DNA of 64,000 bases, taken from contig JAOUMY010000005.1 in assembly GCA_029881255.1 (NCBI GenBank), forward strand, positions 259,531 to 323,530, given 5' to 3'. Positions 17,073 through 28,343 of this stretch are shown here, in pieces. A program made the translations under genes and the position numbers. Numbering within the stretch: position 1 is the stretch's first letter; every line of letters begins with the position of its first letter. This DNA is from Gammaproteobacteria bacterium (GTDB taxonomy: Bacteria; Pseudomonadota; Gammaproteobacteria; S012-40). Below the pieces are notes generated by a model, which saw only the letters and a list, made by a program, of their open reading frames with translations, was not told the DNA's origin and did not search any database.

Positions 17073-20000
17073 GTTTGAGATCTTTTCTTTTTTCTAAAAG
17101 AAGGCTTTTTAAACGTTGGTCGCCATGACCAAACTCGCCTCCAACTCCCCGGCCGTTTGATAGACCCGTTAATTGCTCCGTTATTTATAGCAAATTGTTT
17201 TCCTTTCCACAAGGCATATAAAGCGGGAATTAAAACCATGGAAACTAGCGGCGCGGTGATCATTCCACCCAGCATCGGAGCGGCAATCCGTCTCATTACT
17301 TCGGAACCAGTGCCGCCGCCAATCATTATCGGTGCCAACCCGGCCAATATCACCGCAGCAGTCATCGCTTTGGGACGGACACGCATTACCGCGCCATAAA
17401 CTATCGCGCGACGTAGTTCATTCAAATCCTTGGGATCAAAATCTTTTACTGCCTGGTTTAAGTAAACCAGCATAACAACACCAAATTCCGCTGACACTCC
17501 TGCCAGAGCGATCAATCCGACTCCGACCGCTACTGATAGATTGTAGTCAAGCAGATAAACCATCCACAATGCCCCCACTAGAGCAAGTGGCACAGCGCCC
17601 ATGACCATAAAGGATTCTGCAAAATTTCTGAAATTGAAATACAGCAACAACAAAATGATTACCAGGGTTAGAGGCACAACATAAATCAGCTTTTCCTTTG
17701 CACGCAGCATGTATTCGTATTGTCCGGACCAACCAAGGGCATAACCTGCAGGTAGTTCGACTTTTTCGAGAACAATTCTTTGAGCATCAGCGACGAAACT
17801 TCCCAGGTCGCGACCTCGGATATCAACATATACCCAGCCTGTTCGCCTCGCATCTTCACTTTTTATCATTCCTGGCCCGTCGGCGATGGAGACAAAGGCA
17901 ACATTGCCCAGGGTGATCTGACCGCCCCCTGGTGTAACAATCGGTAAAGCCATCAGGTCATCAATAGAATCACGTACGTGTTGTGGATAGCGGATATTGA
18001 CCGGATAACGTTCCAGTCCTTCAACTGTTTGAGTAACATTTGCCCCACCCACAGCCATGCTGATAATTTCATGTACATCAGCGATGTTTAAGCCGTAGCG
18101 TGCGGCTGCACGTCTGTCAATATCCAAGTTAATATATCGACCACCTGCCACGCGTTCCGAAAAAACACCGGCGGCTCCCGGTACACTCTTCACCGCAGAC
18201 TCAACTTGCTCGCCGATCTTTTGTATCACGCCCAGATCAGGACCAAGAATCTTGATACCCAACGGAGTTTTTATACCCGTAGATATCATGTCTATACGTG
18301 TTTTGATCGGCATAACCCAGGCGTTTGTCAATCCGGGAAACTTCACCGTTTCATCGAGAATATTTTTCAGCTTATCGGTGGTCATCCCCTTACGCCATTC
18401 ACTGCGGGGCTTTAATTTGATCGTGGTTTCGATCATTGTAAGTGGAGCAGGATCGGTGGCTGTTTCGGCCCTGCCCACTTTACCGAATACAACATCGACT
18501 TCTGGAATGGTCTTTATCAAACGATCCGTAATTTGTAACAACTCGCCAGCTTTGCCGATTGATACACCGGTGAATGTGGTCGGCATATAGAGCAAATCAC
18601 CCTCATCCAATTCCGGCATAAACTCAGAACCCAATTCTCCATAGGGATATATCGTGGTTAAAACAACTGCAAAAGAAAGGACTACGACCGTCTTTGGCCA
18701 ATTGAGCACGAACTTAATGACCGGCAGATACATCGATATAAGGAATCGATTGATCGGATTTTTATGCTCTGAGGGAATATGTCCCCTTATAAAATATCCC
18801 ATCAATACAGGCATAAGTGTTATCGACAAACCCGCCGCTGCAGCCATGGCATATGTCTTGGTATAGGCTAGCGGGGAAAATAGTTTTCCTTCTTGCGCCT
18901 CAAGTGTAAAAACAGGAAGAAAACTCAAAGTAATTATCAACAACGAAAAGAATAGTGCCGGACCCACTTCAACCGCAGCACGCTGCATAGCAACCCAGCG
19001 ATTCTCATCTGTGATATTGCCCTTTTCAATATGTTTATGCGCATTTTCAACCATCACAATGGCTGCATCGACCATGGCACCTATGGCAATGGCAATTCCG
19101 CCCAGGGACATGATGTTAGAATTGATATTCTGATAATGCATTACGATATATGAGATCAATATACCGAGAGGCAAAATAACTATTGCCACCAATGCAGAAC
19201 GCAAATGAAATAGAAAGATTCCGCAAACAATTGCGACGACGATAAATTCTTCAATGAGCTTATCGCGTAGTGTTGTTATCGAACGCATGATGAGATCGGA
19301 ACGATCATATGTTTCGATGATTTCCACGCCTTCCGGCAAGCCCTTGGCGACCTGAGCCAATCGTGTTTTAACTGCCTCTATCGTGGTCAACGCGTTTTCA
19401 CCAAAACGCATCACGATAATGCCGCCAACGACCTCACCTTCACCATCGAGCTCGGCGATACCACGGCGCATCTGTGGGCCGATACGAATATTGGCAACAT
19501 CCTGCAGCAACACAGGCGTACCTTCTTCACTCACACCAAGCGGAATATGGCGAAGATCGTCCAGACCCTTGATATAACCTTTGGCACGAACCATATATTC
19601 AGCTTCGGCCATTTCGATAACAGAACCACCCACTTCCTGGTTGGCCCGTTGTATCGCTGTCTTCACATGATTGATATGCATGTTGTAAGCACGCAGACGA
19701 TCAGGATCCACCACCACCTGGTACTGTTTGACCATTCCGCCAACAGTTGCGACTTCTGAAACACCTGGTACGGTCTGTAGTTCGAAGCGTATAAACCAAT
19801 CTTGCAAGCTACGTAGTTGAGCGAGGTCATGATTGCCGCTGCGGTCAACGAGCGCGTACTCATAGATCCAGCCTACACCGGTCGCATCCGGTCCTAGCTG
19901 AGGTGTTGCCGACGGAGGCAAGGCCCCGGCGACTTGCGACAAATACTCGAGCACGCGGGAACGCGCCCAATATATATCTGTGCCATCTTTAAAAATGACA

Positions 20001-20281
20001 TAGACGTATGAATCACCGAAAAAGGAATAACCACGCACTGCTGTAGTCCCGGGTACCGAGAGCATGGCTGTGGTAATGGGGTAGGTTACCTGGTCCTCAA
20101 CAACTTCCGGCGACTGACCTGGAAATGAGGTTTTAATAATAACTTGTAGGTCAGATAGATCAGGAATCGCATCCAAAGGTGTATTCTTTACCGAGTAAAC
20201 CCCCCAAACTGCGAGGATTATGGTAAAGATGAGTACTAGAGGCCTATTTCGAATCGACCAGCGAATTATTTGTGCAATCAT
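17045..20281 (-). CDS. czcA: CzcA/CusA-family heavy-metal efflux RND inner-membrane pump.
   Basis: 1078 aa with the 12-TM RND architecture. N-terminus [17 protein letters not shown]... matches the CusA/CzcA family. Lys-rich C-terminal tail. Confidence 0.9.
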   Translation of the reverse strand: MIAQIIRWSIRNRPLVLIFTIILAVWGVYSVKNTPLDAIPDLSDLQVIIKTSFPGQSPEVVEDQVTYPITTAMLSVPGTTAVRGYSFFGDSYVYVIFKDGTDIYWARSRVLEYLSQVAGALPPSATPQLGPDATGVGWIYEYALVDRSGNHDLAQLRSLQDWFIRFELQTVPGVSEVATVGGMVKQYQVVVDPDRLRAYNMHINHVKTAIQRANQEVGGSVIEMAEAEYMVRAKGYIKGLDDLRHIPLGVSEEGTPVLLQDVANIRIGPQMRRGIAELDGEGEVVGGIIVMRFGENALTTIEAVKTRLAQVAKGLPEGVEIIETYDRSDLIMRSITTLRDKLIEEFIVVAIVCGIFLFHLRSALVAIVILPLGILISYIVMHYQNINSNIMSLGGIAIAIGAMVDAAIVMVENAHKHIEKGNITDENRWVAMQRAAVEVGPALFFSLLIITLSFLPVFTLEAQEGKLFSPLAYTKTYAMAAAAGLSITLMPVLMGYFIRGHIPSEHKNPINRFLISMYLPVIKFVLNWPKTVVVLSFAVVLTTIYPYGELGSEFMPELDEGDLLYMPTTFTGVSIGKAGELLQITDRLIKTIPEVDVVFGKVGRAETATDPAPLTMIETTIKLKPRSEWRKGMTTDKLKNILDETVKFPGLTNAWVMPIKTRIDMISTGIKTPLGIKILGPDLGVIQKIGEQVESAVKSVPGAAGVFSERVAGGRYINLDIDRRAAARYGLNIADVHEIISMAVGGANVTQTVEGLERYPVNIRYPQHVRDSIDDLMALPIVTPGGGQITLGNVAFVSIADGPGMIKSEDARRTGWVYVDIRGRDLGSFVADAQRIVLEKVELPAGYALGWSGQYEYMLRAKEKLIYVVPLTLVIILLLLYFNFRNFAESFMVMGAVPLALVGALWMVYLLDYNLSVAVGVGLIALAGVSAEFGVVMLVYLNQAVKDFDPKDLNELRRAIVYGAVMRVRPKAMTAAVILAGLAPIMIGGGTGSEVMRRIAAPMLGGMITAPLVSMVLIPALYALWKGKQFAINNGAINGSIKRPGSWRRVWSWRPTFKKPSFRKKKRSQTWEDLQKKL

Positions 20282-20391
20282 ATCTACTACCGAACAATAT
20301 CCGCCGCGTCACTATACTTAATGAATGACATCGGCATGTCATTTATTTTTATTGAATTCTTGCCGATCAATTTCCCGGAAATTGTCAGATA

Positions 20392-21849
20392 TTATCCGCC
20401 GGCCATACGCATAAGGGCAGCACGCATGCTGCTTTCAGAATCGATCAAAAACTGGCTCGATACAACCACTTCCTGATCCTCTTCCAACCCGCCAACAACC
20501 TCGATGCGATCATCCGTTTCGATACCTGCATGAATAATCACGGGCTTGAATTTTCCTTCTCCAAGGTGGGTAATCACCCTGGTTTGATTGCCCTGGCGAA
20601 TCACTGCCTCACGTGGGACAGTCAAAACTTGCCGCTTTGGACGTGCGAAAATGCTGATATCGGCATACATATTAGGTTTGAGGACTTCATCGGGATTGTC
20701 AAAACGCAGACGCGCCTTCACACTTCTGGTGCGGGCATCGAGGCTTGGATAAATATATTCAACCTCGCCTTCCCATACCTTTTCAGGCATAAACGACAAC
20801 CTGGCTTCTGCACCTTGTCCTTCCTTGACCCAATCAATCTGATTTTCGAATACGTCGACCATCAGCCAGACTGTGGACAGATCGGCAATACTGATCACGG
20901 ACTTAGACGGTGGCACAAATTCCCCTTCCGATACATTCAAACGCGTGACGAATCCGTCCTGGGGCGCATAGAAACTGACCAGTTGCTCCACTTCACGAGT
21001 ATCGTTCAAACGGGCAATCTGTTGCTCCGAAACACCGAGGGCACGAAGACGCTCCCGAGAGGCATCAATCAATCCATTGGCGCTATCTCCCAGTTCAAGC
21101 GCCTGCAGAAATTCTTCCTGGCTATTGACGAGCTTGGGCGAGTATAGCTGGAACAAGAGATCACCCTTGGCAACCTTCTCACCTGTTGTTTTGACCGCGA
21201 GCTTCTCGACCCAGCCCTCGGTGCGCAAACTCACTGTTCTGAGATTGTTGTCATTATAATTGATATAACCGACGCTCTCGATCTTGCGATATATCGTACG
21301 CCGCTTCACCTTATCCAGTCTTACACCCAATGCATTGATCACGGTCGGCGCTAAGGTCACGACGCCTGAATCGCCGGTGTTCTCCAATGGCACCAGGTCC
21401 ATTCCACATATCGGACAGTCTGCCTCCGGATCTTCCATCACAATTTCCGGGTGCATAGGACAAACAAATTTAGGATTGGAGTGCTTTTGCGCGTGCTCTA
21501 CCGCAGTTTCTTTTGGCGCTTCGTTCACAGGGGAAATGCTCTGGTTTCCAAAAGAGTCATGGTTATGGCCATCACCGCTCAATTCACTCAGCATGGCAGG
21601 CGCTGCAACGACAGGGGCCGCCTGAATATGACTAGATGAATTCTCATCGGCAGCCACCGCCTGTCTATCACCCAGCCCGGAGAACACATATATATTGATG
21701 GGTACCCCAACCGCGAGTAACACGATTGCACCAAGTATCTGTTTACGTGCAACAGATGACATGTGTCGCGCATTCGGCAGGAAAATCTGTTCCAGCCACT
21801 TAAATACCAACCAAACACCGTAGCGTGTTGTTCTAGTAACACGTTCCAT
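20392..21849 (-). CDS. czcB: RND periplasmic adaptor (CzcB/CusB-like membrane fusion protein) with an N-terminal heavy-metal-binding Cys motif.
   Basis: FVCPMHPEIVMEDPEADCPICGMDLVPL metal-binding module, followed by MFP beta-barrel/lipoyl-like segments. Confidence 0.8.
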   Translation of the reverse strand: MERVTRTTRYGVWLVFKWLEQIFLPNARHMSSVARKQILGAIVLLAVGVPINIYVFSGLGDRQAVAADENSSSHIQAAPVVAAPAMLSELSGDGHNHDSFGNQSISPVNEAPKETAVEHAQKHSNPKFVCPMHPEIVMEDPEADCPICGMDLVPLENTGDSGVVTLAPTVINALGVRLDKVKRRTIYRKIESVGYINYNDNNLRTVSLRTEGWVEKLAVKTTGEKVAKGDLLFQLYSPKLVNSQEEFLQALELGDSANGLIDASRERLRALGVSEQQIARLNDTREVEQLVSFYAPQDGFVTRLNVSEGEFVPPSKSVISIADLSTVWLMVDVFENQIDWVKEGQGAEARLSFMPEKVWEGEVEYIYPSLDARTRSVKARLRFDNPDEVLKPNMYADISIFARPKRQVLTVPREAVIRQGNQTRVITHLGEGKFKPVIIHAGIETDDRIEVVGGLEEDQEVVVSSQFLIDSESSMRAALMRMAGG

Positions 21850-21851
21850 GT

Positions 21852-23159
21852 TTATGCTTCCCCTGCCAGATATTGAAGGTCGTAGTGTGCCTTTGCCCTT
21901 TCCACTCTCAAACGCAGAGTTTGTAAATTACTATCCAGTTCTCGCAAACGCGCACGAACCAATTCTGAGAAATCACTAGTCTGGCTTTGATAGGATTTTC
22001 TCGAAGACTCGGAATACTGTGCCGCCTTAGGCAACACATCATCCATGTAAAATTTTAAACGGTCACCCAAGCGGAACCAGTCCGCATAACTTGCATCTAG
22101 CAAACGTTTTAGCTCGCGACGCTGGCCATCTGCTGCGTCCGACGCAGAATTTACCAAATGGCCTTTTGCATTCAAACGACGATTCTGTCGCTTCTCAGTA
22201 AAAAACGGCATATCTACTGACACGACGGCAGACAAAAAATCACTTCTTGGAATAACACTACCATCAGCTGAATTGACGCCATCAGCCCGATAACCGTAGC
22301 TAATATCTACATTCCAGCTCGGCTTAAATGTAGACCGTTCTGCGAGAACATCCTTGCGACTTGCGCCTAACATGGCTTTTTTTACGGCCAGGGATGGGTG
22401 GTTTTCGAGACGATGATCGAGCTCCTCAACCGTAGGCAAGGTTGGGAGCTGAGGAAACACTGTCGATAGTGCATGTTTGCGCACTGAAGCACCCGTCCAT
22501 TTTTCAAGTTCTGCGATCGCTTTTTCACGCATTTGCTGTATGTCGTCTTCGCGATCTTGAAGTAAACTCAATTCTAATTGAGCACGTATCACATCTTGTT
22601 GTTGACCACGGCCTGCACGATATTGGTATCGAGTTACTTTCACTAACTGGTTAAATATCTCTTCGCTTTCTTTTACCAGGGCAAGCGAATGTGTTTGCAA
22701 ATAAACTTCCATCCACGCTTTGCGCAAATTTCGTAAAACTGTCATTGCCCTGTCGACAGCTTTCGCACGCTCGGCCTCGGCCATTAGCAACTTTTTTTCC
22801 GTCTTTGCCTCAAGCATGCCTTTCGAAGGAAAACCCTGATTGATGCCTACTATTGCCTGCGTCATACCTTCAGAGTTAAAACTAAACGCATTGTTACCGA
22901 TTATCGGAAAATTTACCGCGCCAACGCGAAATTTCGGATCAGGCAGTTGCCCGTCGGCTACTGACTCTTCCATAAAGGACTGGGCATTTGCCTGGAACTC
23001 GGCAATGAGTGGGTCGTTTTGGATGGCAACCGTCTCAGCATCCTTGATAGTCAATTCAAGCGCGTGAACGGTATTCACGCCCGCAATCACCGTCAGGATT
23101 ACTAAGACCCAAAGTCGCAAGTAATTCATACTTCCCACACCTGTTATCTTGCTCAACAA
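21852..23159 (-). CDS. czcC: TolC-family outer-membrane efflux protein (CzcC/CusC-like).
   Basis: Signal peptide. Two helical/beta repeat halves typical of outer-membrane factors. Confidence 0.8.
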   Translation of the reverse strand: MLSKITGVGSMNYLRLWVLVILTVIAGVNTVHALELTIKDAETVAIQNDPLIAEFQANAQSFMEESVADGQLPDPKFRVGAVNFPIIGNNAFSFNSEGMTQAIVGINQGFPSKGMLEAKTEKKLLMAEAERAKAVDRAMTVLRNLRKAWMEVYLQTHSLALVKESEEIFNQLVKVTRYQYRAGRGQQQDVIRAQLELSLLQDREDDIQQMREKAIAELEKWTGASVRKHALSTVFPQLPTLPTVEELDHRLENHPSLAVKKAMLGASRKDVLAERSTFKPSWNVDISYGYRADGVNSADGSVIPRSDFLSAVVSVDMPFFTEKRQNRRLNAKGHLVNSASDAADGQRRELKRLLDASYADWFRLGDRLKFYMDDVLPKAAQYSESSRKSYQSQTSDFSELVRARLRELDSNLQTLRLRVERAKAHYDLQYLAGEA

Positions 23160-23407
23160 CTTCGTTCAGAAAATTTATACCAACGCGCAAGATAACCAAG
23201 ACGAGTTAAAGGAGACTTAACCAGACGGGTAAGGGTTGCCTAACTATAAGACAAATCTGCAATTCTTCCCCAGTCCCACATGAAATTCTTTTTTTCTACG
23301 ATTCAGACATAGTCTGATTAAAAACTATTGTTCTACTTTTGAGCCTATTTATCAACAATTCAACGGGCTAATGTAATTAATACCTCATCTACAATTTTTA
23401 TATCAAA

Positions 23408-23438
23408 TAAAAAAAAGCGGCACTAGCCGCTTTTTTTG
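23408..23438. terminator. Bidirectional rho-independent terminator.
   Basis: AAAAAAAAGCGGC-acta-GCCGCTTTTTTT. Confidence 0.6.
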
Positions 23439-23454
23439 TTATTCGTTCAATGCA

Positions 23455-23745
23455 TTACTGCATATCCAAAATGACGAACCGACCTTTTCGATCAGTGGTG
23501 ACTACAAATTTGATCTTCTGGCCAGGTTTGACTTCCTTCAACATAAAAGGGTCAGCAACTGCGAAATCCATCGTCATTGCCCCCATTCCCATTGTCGTAA
23601 TCGGGCCATGACTGATATTGAGTGTTTTGTTCACGTTATCAATTGAGTTGATTGTACCGCTTGCCTCATGCTCGTCTGCTGCAAAAACAGTAGTAAATAC
23701 CGACATAAGCATGACGATTGCAGCTGATAAAAACGTTTTTTTCAT
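23455..23745 (-). CDS. cusF: CusF-like periplasmic Cu(I)/Ag(I)-binding protein.
   Basis: Signal peptide. OB-fold with His/Met ligands (ISHGPITTMGMGAMTMDF...KIKFVV). Confidence 0.75.
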   Translation of the reverse strand: MKKTFLSAAIVMLMSVFTTVFAADEHEASGTINSIDNVNKTLNISHGPITTMGMGAMTMDFAVADPFMLKEVKPGQKIKFVVTTDRKGRFVILDMQ

Positions 23746-23889
23746 ACCTCCCCCTCTACTTCATTTATGAGTCATTTCCGACATGGACGGAATCTATAAT
23801 TTCTTAGAAAACTACGACTTAAGCATGAAATCAGGATTAATTTCCGACTCTGACGCAGCGTTTCATCATTAAATCCTTTGGCTGGCTTG

Positions 23890-24825
23890 TCAAGCTCCCT
23901 GTATGAATTTTGGTAGCGAGGCAAATTTTTCCGCCTGCTCAAGCACGAATTCACTAAAACGCTTCGCCACAGGCGAGAGCCTTTTTCCTTCGCGATGAAC
24001 CAGATACCAGTGACGTAAAATCGGAAAGTGCTCCACATTCAATAGCTTCAACTTACCTATCTCCAATTCCAGGCGTACCGTATGTGCCGATACTATTCCC
24101 AGACCCAGACCCGCTTGAACCGCGTGCTTTATGGCTTCGTTACTGGTCATTTCCATCCTGGAGGCAGCTTCAAAGCCGTACTGCTGAAAAAATCGCTCCA
24201 TCGCTATCCGCGTACCCGAAACTTTCTCTCTGACAACAAAGGTTTCCTGCACCAGGCGCTTGAGAGAAATATTTGTTTCGTTTACCAGCGGGTGATCGGG
24301 GGGCGCAATAACTACCAATGGGTTATCCATAAAGGGTTCCGCCACAAGCTTCAGGTCTCGCGGTGGCCGACCCATGATGACCAGATCGGTCTGATTATTC
24401 TCAAGCTCATCAAGTAGCGTTTGGCGGTTAGTCACATCCAATTTGTACTGAATATTGCCAAACTGCTGCGAAAATGCAGCAAGTAGCTGGGTTGCAAAGT
24501 CGTTAGCTGTAGTCGCTACCGCGATGTTCAAGGTACCACGCCTGACACCGCGCAAATCTTCGAGCACGCCCTCTGCTTCATCTAGTAGACCGAGTATCTC
24601 CCTACTATAATGCAGCATCTCGCGGCCGGCCTCGGTAAGAAAGTTCTTTTTGCCGAACTGTTCGAGCAGGGAAACACCCACGTGATCTTCTAATTGTTTG
24701 ATCTGCATGGACACTGCCGGTTGTGAAAGATGAAGTTCTTCGGCCGCACGGGTAAAGCTCAAATGTCGGCCTACAGACTCAAAAACCTTTAATTGTCTTA
24801 GGGTTACGTGAAGCATTCGGGTCAA
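23890..24825 (-). CDS. cbbR: LysR-family regulator, CbbR-type (divergent from cbbL).
   Basis: HTH LRQLKVFESVGRHLSFTRAAEELHLSQPAVSMQIKQLE plus a LysR substrate-binding domain. Position divergent from RuBisCO is the classic CbbR arrangement. Confidence 0.85.
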   Translation of the reverse strand: MTRMLHVTLRQLKVFESVGRHLSFTRAAEELHLSQPAVSMQIKQLEDHVGVSLLEQFGKKNFLTEAGREMLHYSREILGLLDEAEGVLEDLRGVRRGTLNIAVATTANDFATQLLAAFSQQFGNIQYKLDVTNRQTLLDELENNQTDLVIMGRPPRDLKLVAEPFMDNPLVVIAPPDHPLVNETNISLKRLVQETFVVREKVSGTRIAMERFFQQYGFEAASRMEMTSNEAIKHAVQAGLGLGIVSAHTVRLELEIGKLKLLNVEHFPILRHWYLVHREGKRLSPVAKRFSEFVLEQAEKFASLPKFIQGA

Positions 24826-24990
24826 ATCCTGTCAATCATAAGCAATCATTTATGATTTTGATTATAAATATTTAATTTACTTTATGCCAGCGCGCCCGTA
24901 ACCTCTTTCTCACGAAATATCAGCGACACGATTTTCTTTAGTTCAATCACAGTTAACTCGTTTTTATACCTACTTTTTGGAGGAAATAAA
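24826..24990. promoter_or_regulatory. cbbR-cbbL divergent intergenic region with a putative CbbR operator.
   Basis: Palindrome ATCATAA-N8-TTATGAT at 24835-24856 with further ATCAT/ATGAT half-sites. GGAGGA RBS ahead of the cbbL ATG. Confidence 0.45.
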
Positions 24991-26412
24991 ATGGCAGAGA
25001 AGAAGTACAACGCGGGTGTAAAAGAATACCGCGAAACATATTGGATGCCTGACTACACGCCGAAGGACACTGACTTTCTTGCGTGTTTCAAAGTTACCCC
25101 ACAGCCTGGTGTACCTCGTGAAGAGGTTGCTGCTGCGGTTGCTGCGGAATCATCAACTGGTACCTGGACCACTGTTTGGACTGACCTGTTGACTGACCTG
25201 GATTACTACAAGGGTCGTGCATACGCCATCGAAGACGTACCTGGCGACGACACTTGTTTCTATGCATTCGTTGCATACCCAATTGACCTGTTCGAAGAAG
25301 GTTCAGTTGTAAACGTTTTCACTTCATTGGTTGGTAACGTTTTCGGCTTTAAAGCACTACGTGCACTTCGCTTGGAAGACATCCGTATTCCTATCGCTTA
25401 CGTAACTACTTGTGGTGGTCCTCCTCACGGTATCCAAGTTGAGCGCGACATCATGAACAAATACGGTCGTCCTCTGTTGGGTTGTACTATCAAGCCTAAG
25501 TTGGGTCTGTCTGCTAAGAACTATGGTCGTGCGACTTATGAGTGTCTTCGTGGCGGTCTTGACTTCACTAAGGACGACGAAAACGTTAACTCTCAGCCGT
25601 TTATGCGCTGGAAGCAGCGTTTTGACTTCGTAATGGAAGCAATCCACAAAGCTGAGCGTGAAACTGGTGAGCGTAAGGGTCACTACCTGAACGTTACTGC
25701 TCCTACTCCTGAAGAAATGTACAAGCGTGCAGAGTATGCTAAGGAAATCGGCGCACCTATCATCATGCACGACTACCTGACTGGTGGCTTCACTGCTAAC
25801 ACAGGTCTTGCTAACTGGTGTCGTGACAACGGCGTTCTGCTTCACATCCACCGCGCGATGCACGCAGTACTTGACCGTAACCCGCACCACGGTATCCACT
25901 TCCGTGTACTAACTAAGGCACTTCGTTTGTCTGGTGGTGACCACCTGCACTCAGGTACGGTTGTTGGTAAGCTGGAAGGCGACCGTGACGCAACTCTGGG
26001 CTGGATTGACATCATGCGTGATTCTTACATCAAAGAAGATCGCTCACGCGGCATCATGTTCGACCAAGATTGGGGCGCAATGCCTGGTGTAATCCCAGTT
26101 GCTTCTGGTGGTATCCATGTATGGCACATGCCTGCTCTGGTTAGCATCTTCGGTGATGACTCTGTACTCCAGTTCGGTGGTGGTACGCTGGGTCACCCAT
26201 GGGGTAATGCCGCTGGTGCAGCTGCAAACCGTGTTGCTTTGGAAGCGTGTGTTGAAGCACGTAACGAAGGTCGCGCTATCGAGAAAGAAGGTAAGGACAT
26301 CCTTACTAATGCTGCCAAGAGCAGTCCTGAGCTCAAGATGGCGATGGAAACTTGGAAAGAAATCAAGTTCGAATTCGACACAGTTGACAAGCTGGACGTT
26401 GCTCACAAGTAA
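24991..26412 (+). CDS. cbbL: RuBisCO large subunit, form IA.
   Basis: 473 aa. Form-I signatures [19 protein letters not shown] and the KPKLGLS active-site loop. Strongly biased, highly-expressed-type codon usage. Confidence 0.95.
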   Translation: MAEKKYNAGVKEYRETYWMPDYTPKDTDFLACFKVTPQPGVPREEVAAAVAAESSTGTWTTVWTDLLTDLDYYKGRAYAIEDVPGDDTCFYAFVAYPIDLFEEGSVVNVFTSLVGNVFGFKALRALRLEDIRIPIAYVTTCGGPPHGIQVERDIMNKYGRPLLGCTIKPKLGLSAKNYGRATYECLRGGLDFTKDDENVNSQPFMRWKQRFDFVMEAIHKAERETGERKGHYLNVTAPTPEEMYKRAEYAKEIGAPIIMHDYLTGGFTANTGLANWCRDNGVLLHIHRAMHAVLDRNPHHGIHFRVLTKALRLSGGDHLHSGTVVGKLEGDRDATLGWIDIMRDSYIKEDRSRGIMFDQDWGAMPGVIPVASGGIHVWHMPALVSIFGDDSVLQFGGGTLGHPWGNAAGAAANRVALEACVEARNEGRAIEKEGKDILTNAAKSSPELKMAMETWKEIKFEFDTVDKLDVAHK

Positions 26413-26540
26413 TTTAAAGCATCATGTGGCACGCTCTGGCGGCGTGTGTATACATACGACGCCAGAGCGCACCAACTAACGCTTTAAACACTTGAATTAA
26501 CGAAACCGAATTTGACTAAATAGATTTTGAGGAATTTAAA

Positions 26541-26897
26541 ATGTCTGAAATGCAAGATTACAAGTCAAGCTTGACTGATACTTCAAGCCGTAAGTTTGAG
26601 ACTTTCTCTTACTTGCCAGAAATGAGCGATGAGCAGATCCGTAAGCAGATCCAGTACATCGTTGATAAAGGATGGAATCCTGGTATCGAGCACACTGAGC
26701 CAGAAAATGCATTCGATAACTACTGGTACATGTGGAAACTGCCTATGTTCGGTGAAACTGACGTAGACAAAGTTCTGGCCGAATGCGCTGCTTGCAAGAA
26801 AGCACATCCAAAGAACCACGTTCGTTTGATGGGCTTCGACAACTTCGCACAGTCTGCCGGTGCTTCCATGGTAATTTTCCGCGGTAAAGCTGTTTAA
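26541..26897 (+). CDS. cbbS: RuBisCO small subunit.
   Basis: 118 aa, family-typical ([11 protein letters not shown]...MVIFRG). Confidence 0.9.
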   Translation: MSEMQDYKSSLTDTSSRKFETFSYLPEMSDEQIRKQIQYIVDKGWNPGIEHTEPENAFDNYWYMWKLPMFGETDVDKVLAECAACKKAHPKNHVRLMGFDNFAQSAGASMVIFRGKAV

Positions 26898-26922
26898 TCA
26901 GCCGCCAGGGTAAAGACCTACA

Positions 26923-26960
26923 AAAAGCCCCTGGCCGCTCGCGGGCAGGGGCTTTTTTTA
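26923..26960 (+). terminator. Rho-independent terminator (or attenuator) after cbbS.
   Basis: AAAAAGCCCCTG-gccgctcgcgg-CAGGGGCTTTTTTT. Confidence 0.6.
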
Positions 26961-26985
26961 TCCATAGCAAGAAGGAATTCCATAA

Positions 26986-27297
26986 GTGAACAAACCCAAA
27001 GCTTACATCGGTATCGATAAAGATATAAATGGCGGCATGACACCTATCGGCAAAGTTATTCGAGACGCTTGGGTATTTGGTTTGATTCCGGAAACCCAGA
27101 CCTGTGAAGGCTGGACACAACAGGCCGTTGAGGCGTTAATGCACAAAGTAAACGCCGAATGGGATAAATATGGTTGCATGGTTAGATGTTTGCCTACTGA
27201 ACTGTTCGAAAAGCATCAACGCATTCACGGCGACGCTGTAAAGAAAGCCAACCAGGCTGGTTGGAATGGAAACGTCGAGACCGATGACGAAGAATAA
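26986..27297 (+). CDS. Small conserved hypothetical protein (103 aa) between cbbS and cbbQ; GTG start with an AAGGAA RBS.
   Basis: Reading frame with a good RBS. No recognisable family; two Cys (CEGW, CMVRC). Confidence 0.45.
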   Translation: MNKPKAYIGIDKDINGGMTPIGKVIRDAWVFGLIPETQTCEGWTQQAVEALMHKVNAEWDKYGCMVRCLPTELFEKHQRIHGDAVKKANQAGWNGNVETDDEE

Positions 27298-27380
27298 AAG
27301 GTTTTCTGATTAACCCATTATCCATACCAGGTTAATCAGAATGTCTTTCATCTAAACTTTCAAGAAATCGAAGGTGCACT

Positions 27381-28196
27381 ATGTCTAAACAAAATAGCGT
27401 AGATCCAGATCAATACAAAGTTAAATCAGAACCATTTTATAAGCCTGTTGCCAACGAAGTTGAAATGTATGAAGCAGCATACGCGGCACGCATGCCAGTT
27501 ATGCTCAAAGGCCCTACCGGTTGCGGTAAATCACGTTTCGTTGAATATATGGCTTATCGTTTAGGCCGTCCATTGATCACCGTCGCGTGTAATGAAGACA
27601 TGACAGCATCCGATCTTGTTGGCCGATTCCTTCTCGATAAAGACGGTACTGTTTGGCAAGATGGGCCCCTGACTATGGCAGCGCGCATAGGTGCAATTTG
27701 TTACCTGGATGAAGTGGTTGAAGCGCGCCAGGATACTACCGTTGTTATCCACCCACTGACTGACCACCGTCGTACGCTGCCACTAGACAAAAAGGGTGAG
27801 TTGATCGAAGCCCATCCTGATTTCCAACTGGTTATTTCCTACAACCCTGGATATCAAAGTCTAATGAAGGATCTCAAGCAATCAACCAAACAACGTTTTG
27901 GCGCTTTGGATTTCGATTATCCATCGGAAGAAATCGAAACAGAAATCGTTGCTAAGGAAACCGACATTGACAAGGAAACTGCGCACAAGCTGGTGCAGAT
28001 CGCACATCGCGCGCGCAATCTGAAAGGACATGGCCTGGATGAAGGTATATCCACCCGTCTTCTGGTTTACGCGGGTCAACTAATACAGAAAGGTGTCGAT
28101 CCTATTGCTGCCTGCAGCATGACACTGGTTCGTCCTCTAACAGACGACCCAGATATGCGTGAGACATTGGATGCAGCCGTCGGTACCTTCTTCTAA
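27381..28196 (+). CDS. cbbQ: CbbQ, MoxR-type AAA+ ATPase (RuBisCO activase component).
   Basis: Walker A GPTGCGKS, Walker B CYLDEV. Length and sequence are typical of CbbQ/NirQ/NorQ. Confidence 0.9.
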   Translation: MSKQNSVDPDQYKVKSEPFYKPVANEVEMYEAAYAARMPVMLKGPTGCGKSRFVEYMAYRLGRPLITVACNEDMTASDLVGRFLLDKDGTVWQDGPLTMAARIGAICYLDEVVEARQDTTVVIHPLTDHRRTLPLDKKGELIEAHPDFQLVISYNPGYQSLMKDLKQSTKQRFGALDFDYPSEEIETEIVAKETDIDKETAHKLVQIAHRARNLKGHGLDEGISTRLLVYAGQLIQKGVDPIAACSMTLVRPLTDDPDMRETLDAAVGTFF

Positions 28197-28343
28197 GCAG
28201 ATATTGGATTTGCGTAGCAAGCTATCTGGAAAAGACTAAGTAACCCGGTTAGCAAATGGCGTCAGTCGTCTGCTTGCCGGGTGTAAAAACTGAAAGGTTT
28301 AACTATTGTCTTATGCGCTTTCTCACTTCGGTGACATACACAC

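Noticed and set aside
23772-24038. An 88-aa ORF overlapping the 3' end of cbbR.
   Set aside because: Different frame, same strand overlap with the LysR C-terminus; no support.
24991-26412. A form II RuBisCO (cbbM) call, prompted by the cbbQ/cbbO neighbours.
   Set aside because: The sequence has form I signatures ([19 protein letters not shown]), a 473-aa length and an adjacent cbbS small subunit. It is form IA.
28197-28343. A hairpin, ACCCGG...CCGGGT with a ~28-nt loop, between cbbQ and the methyltransferase, considered as a terminator.
   Set aside because: Short stem, very large loop and no U-tract; at most a weak structure.
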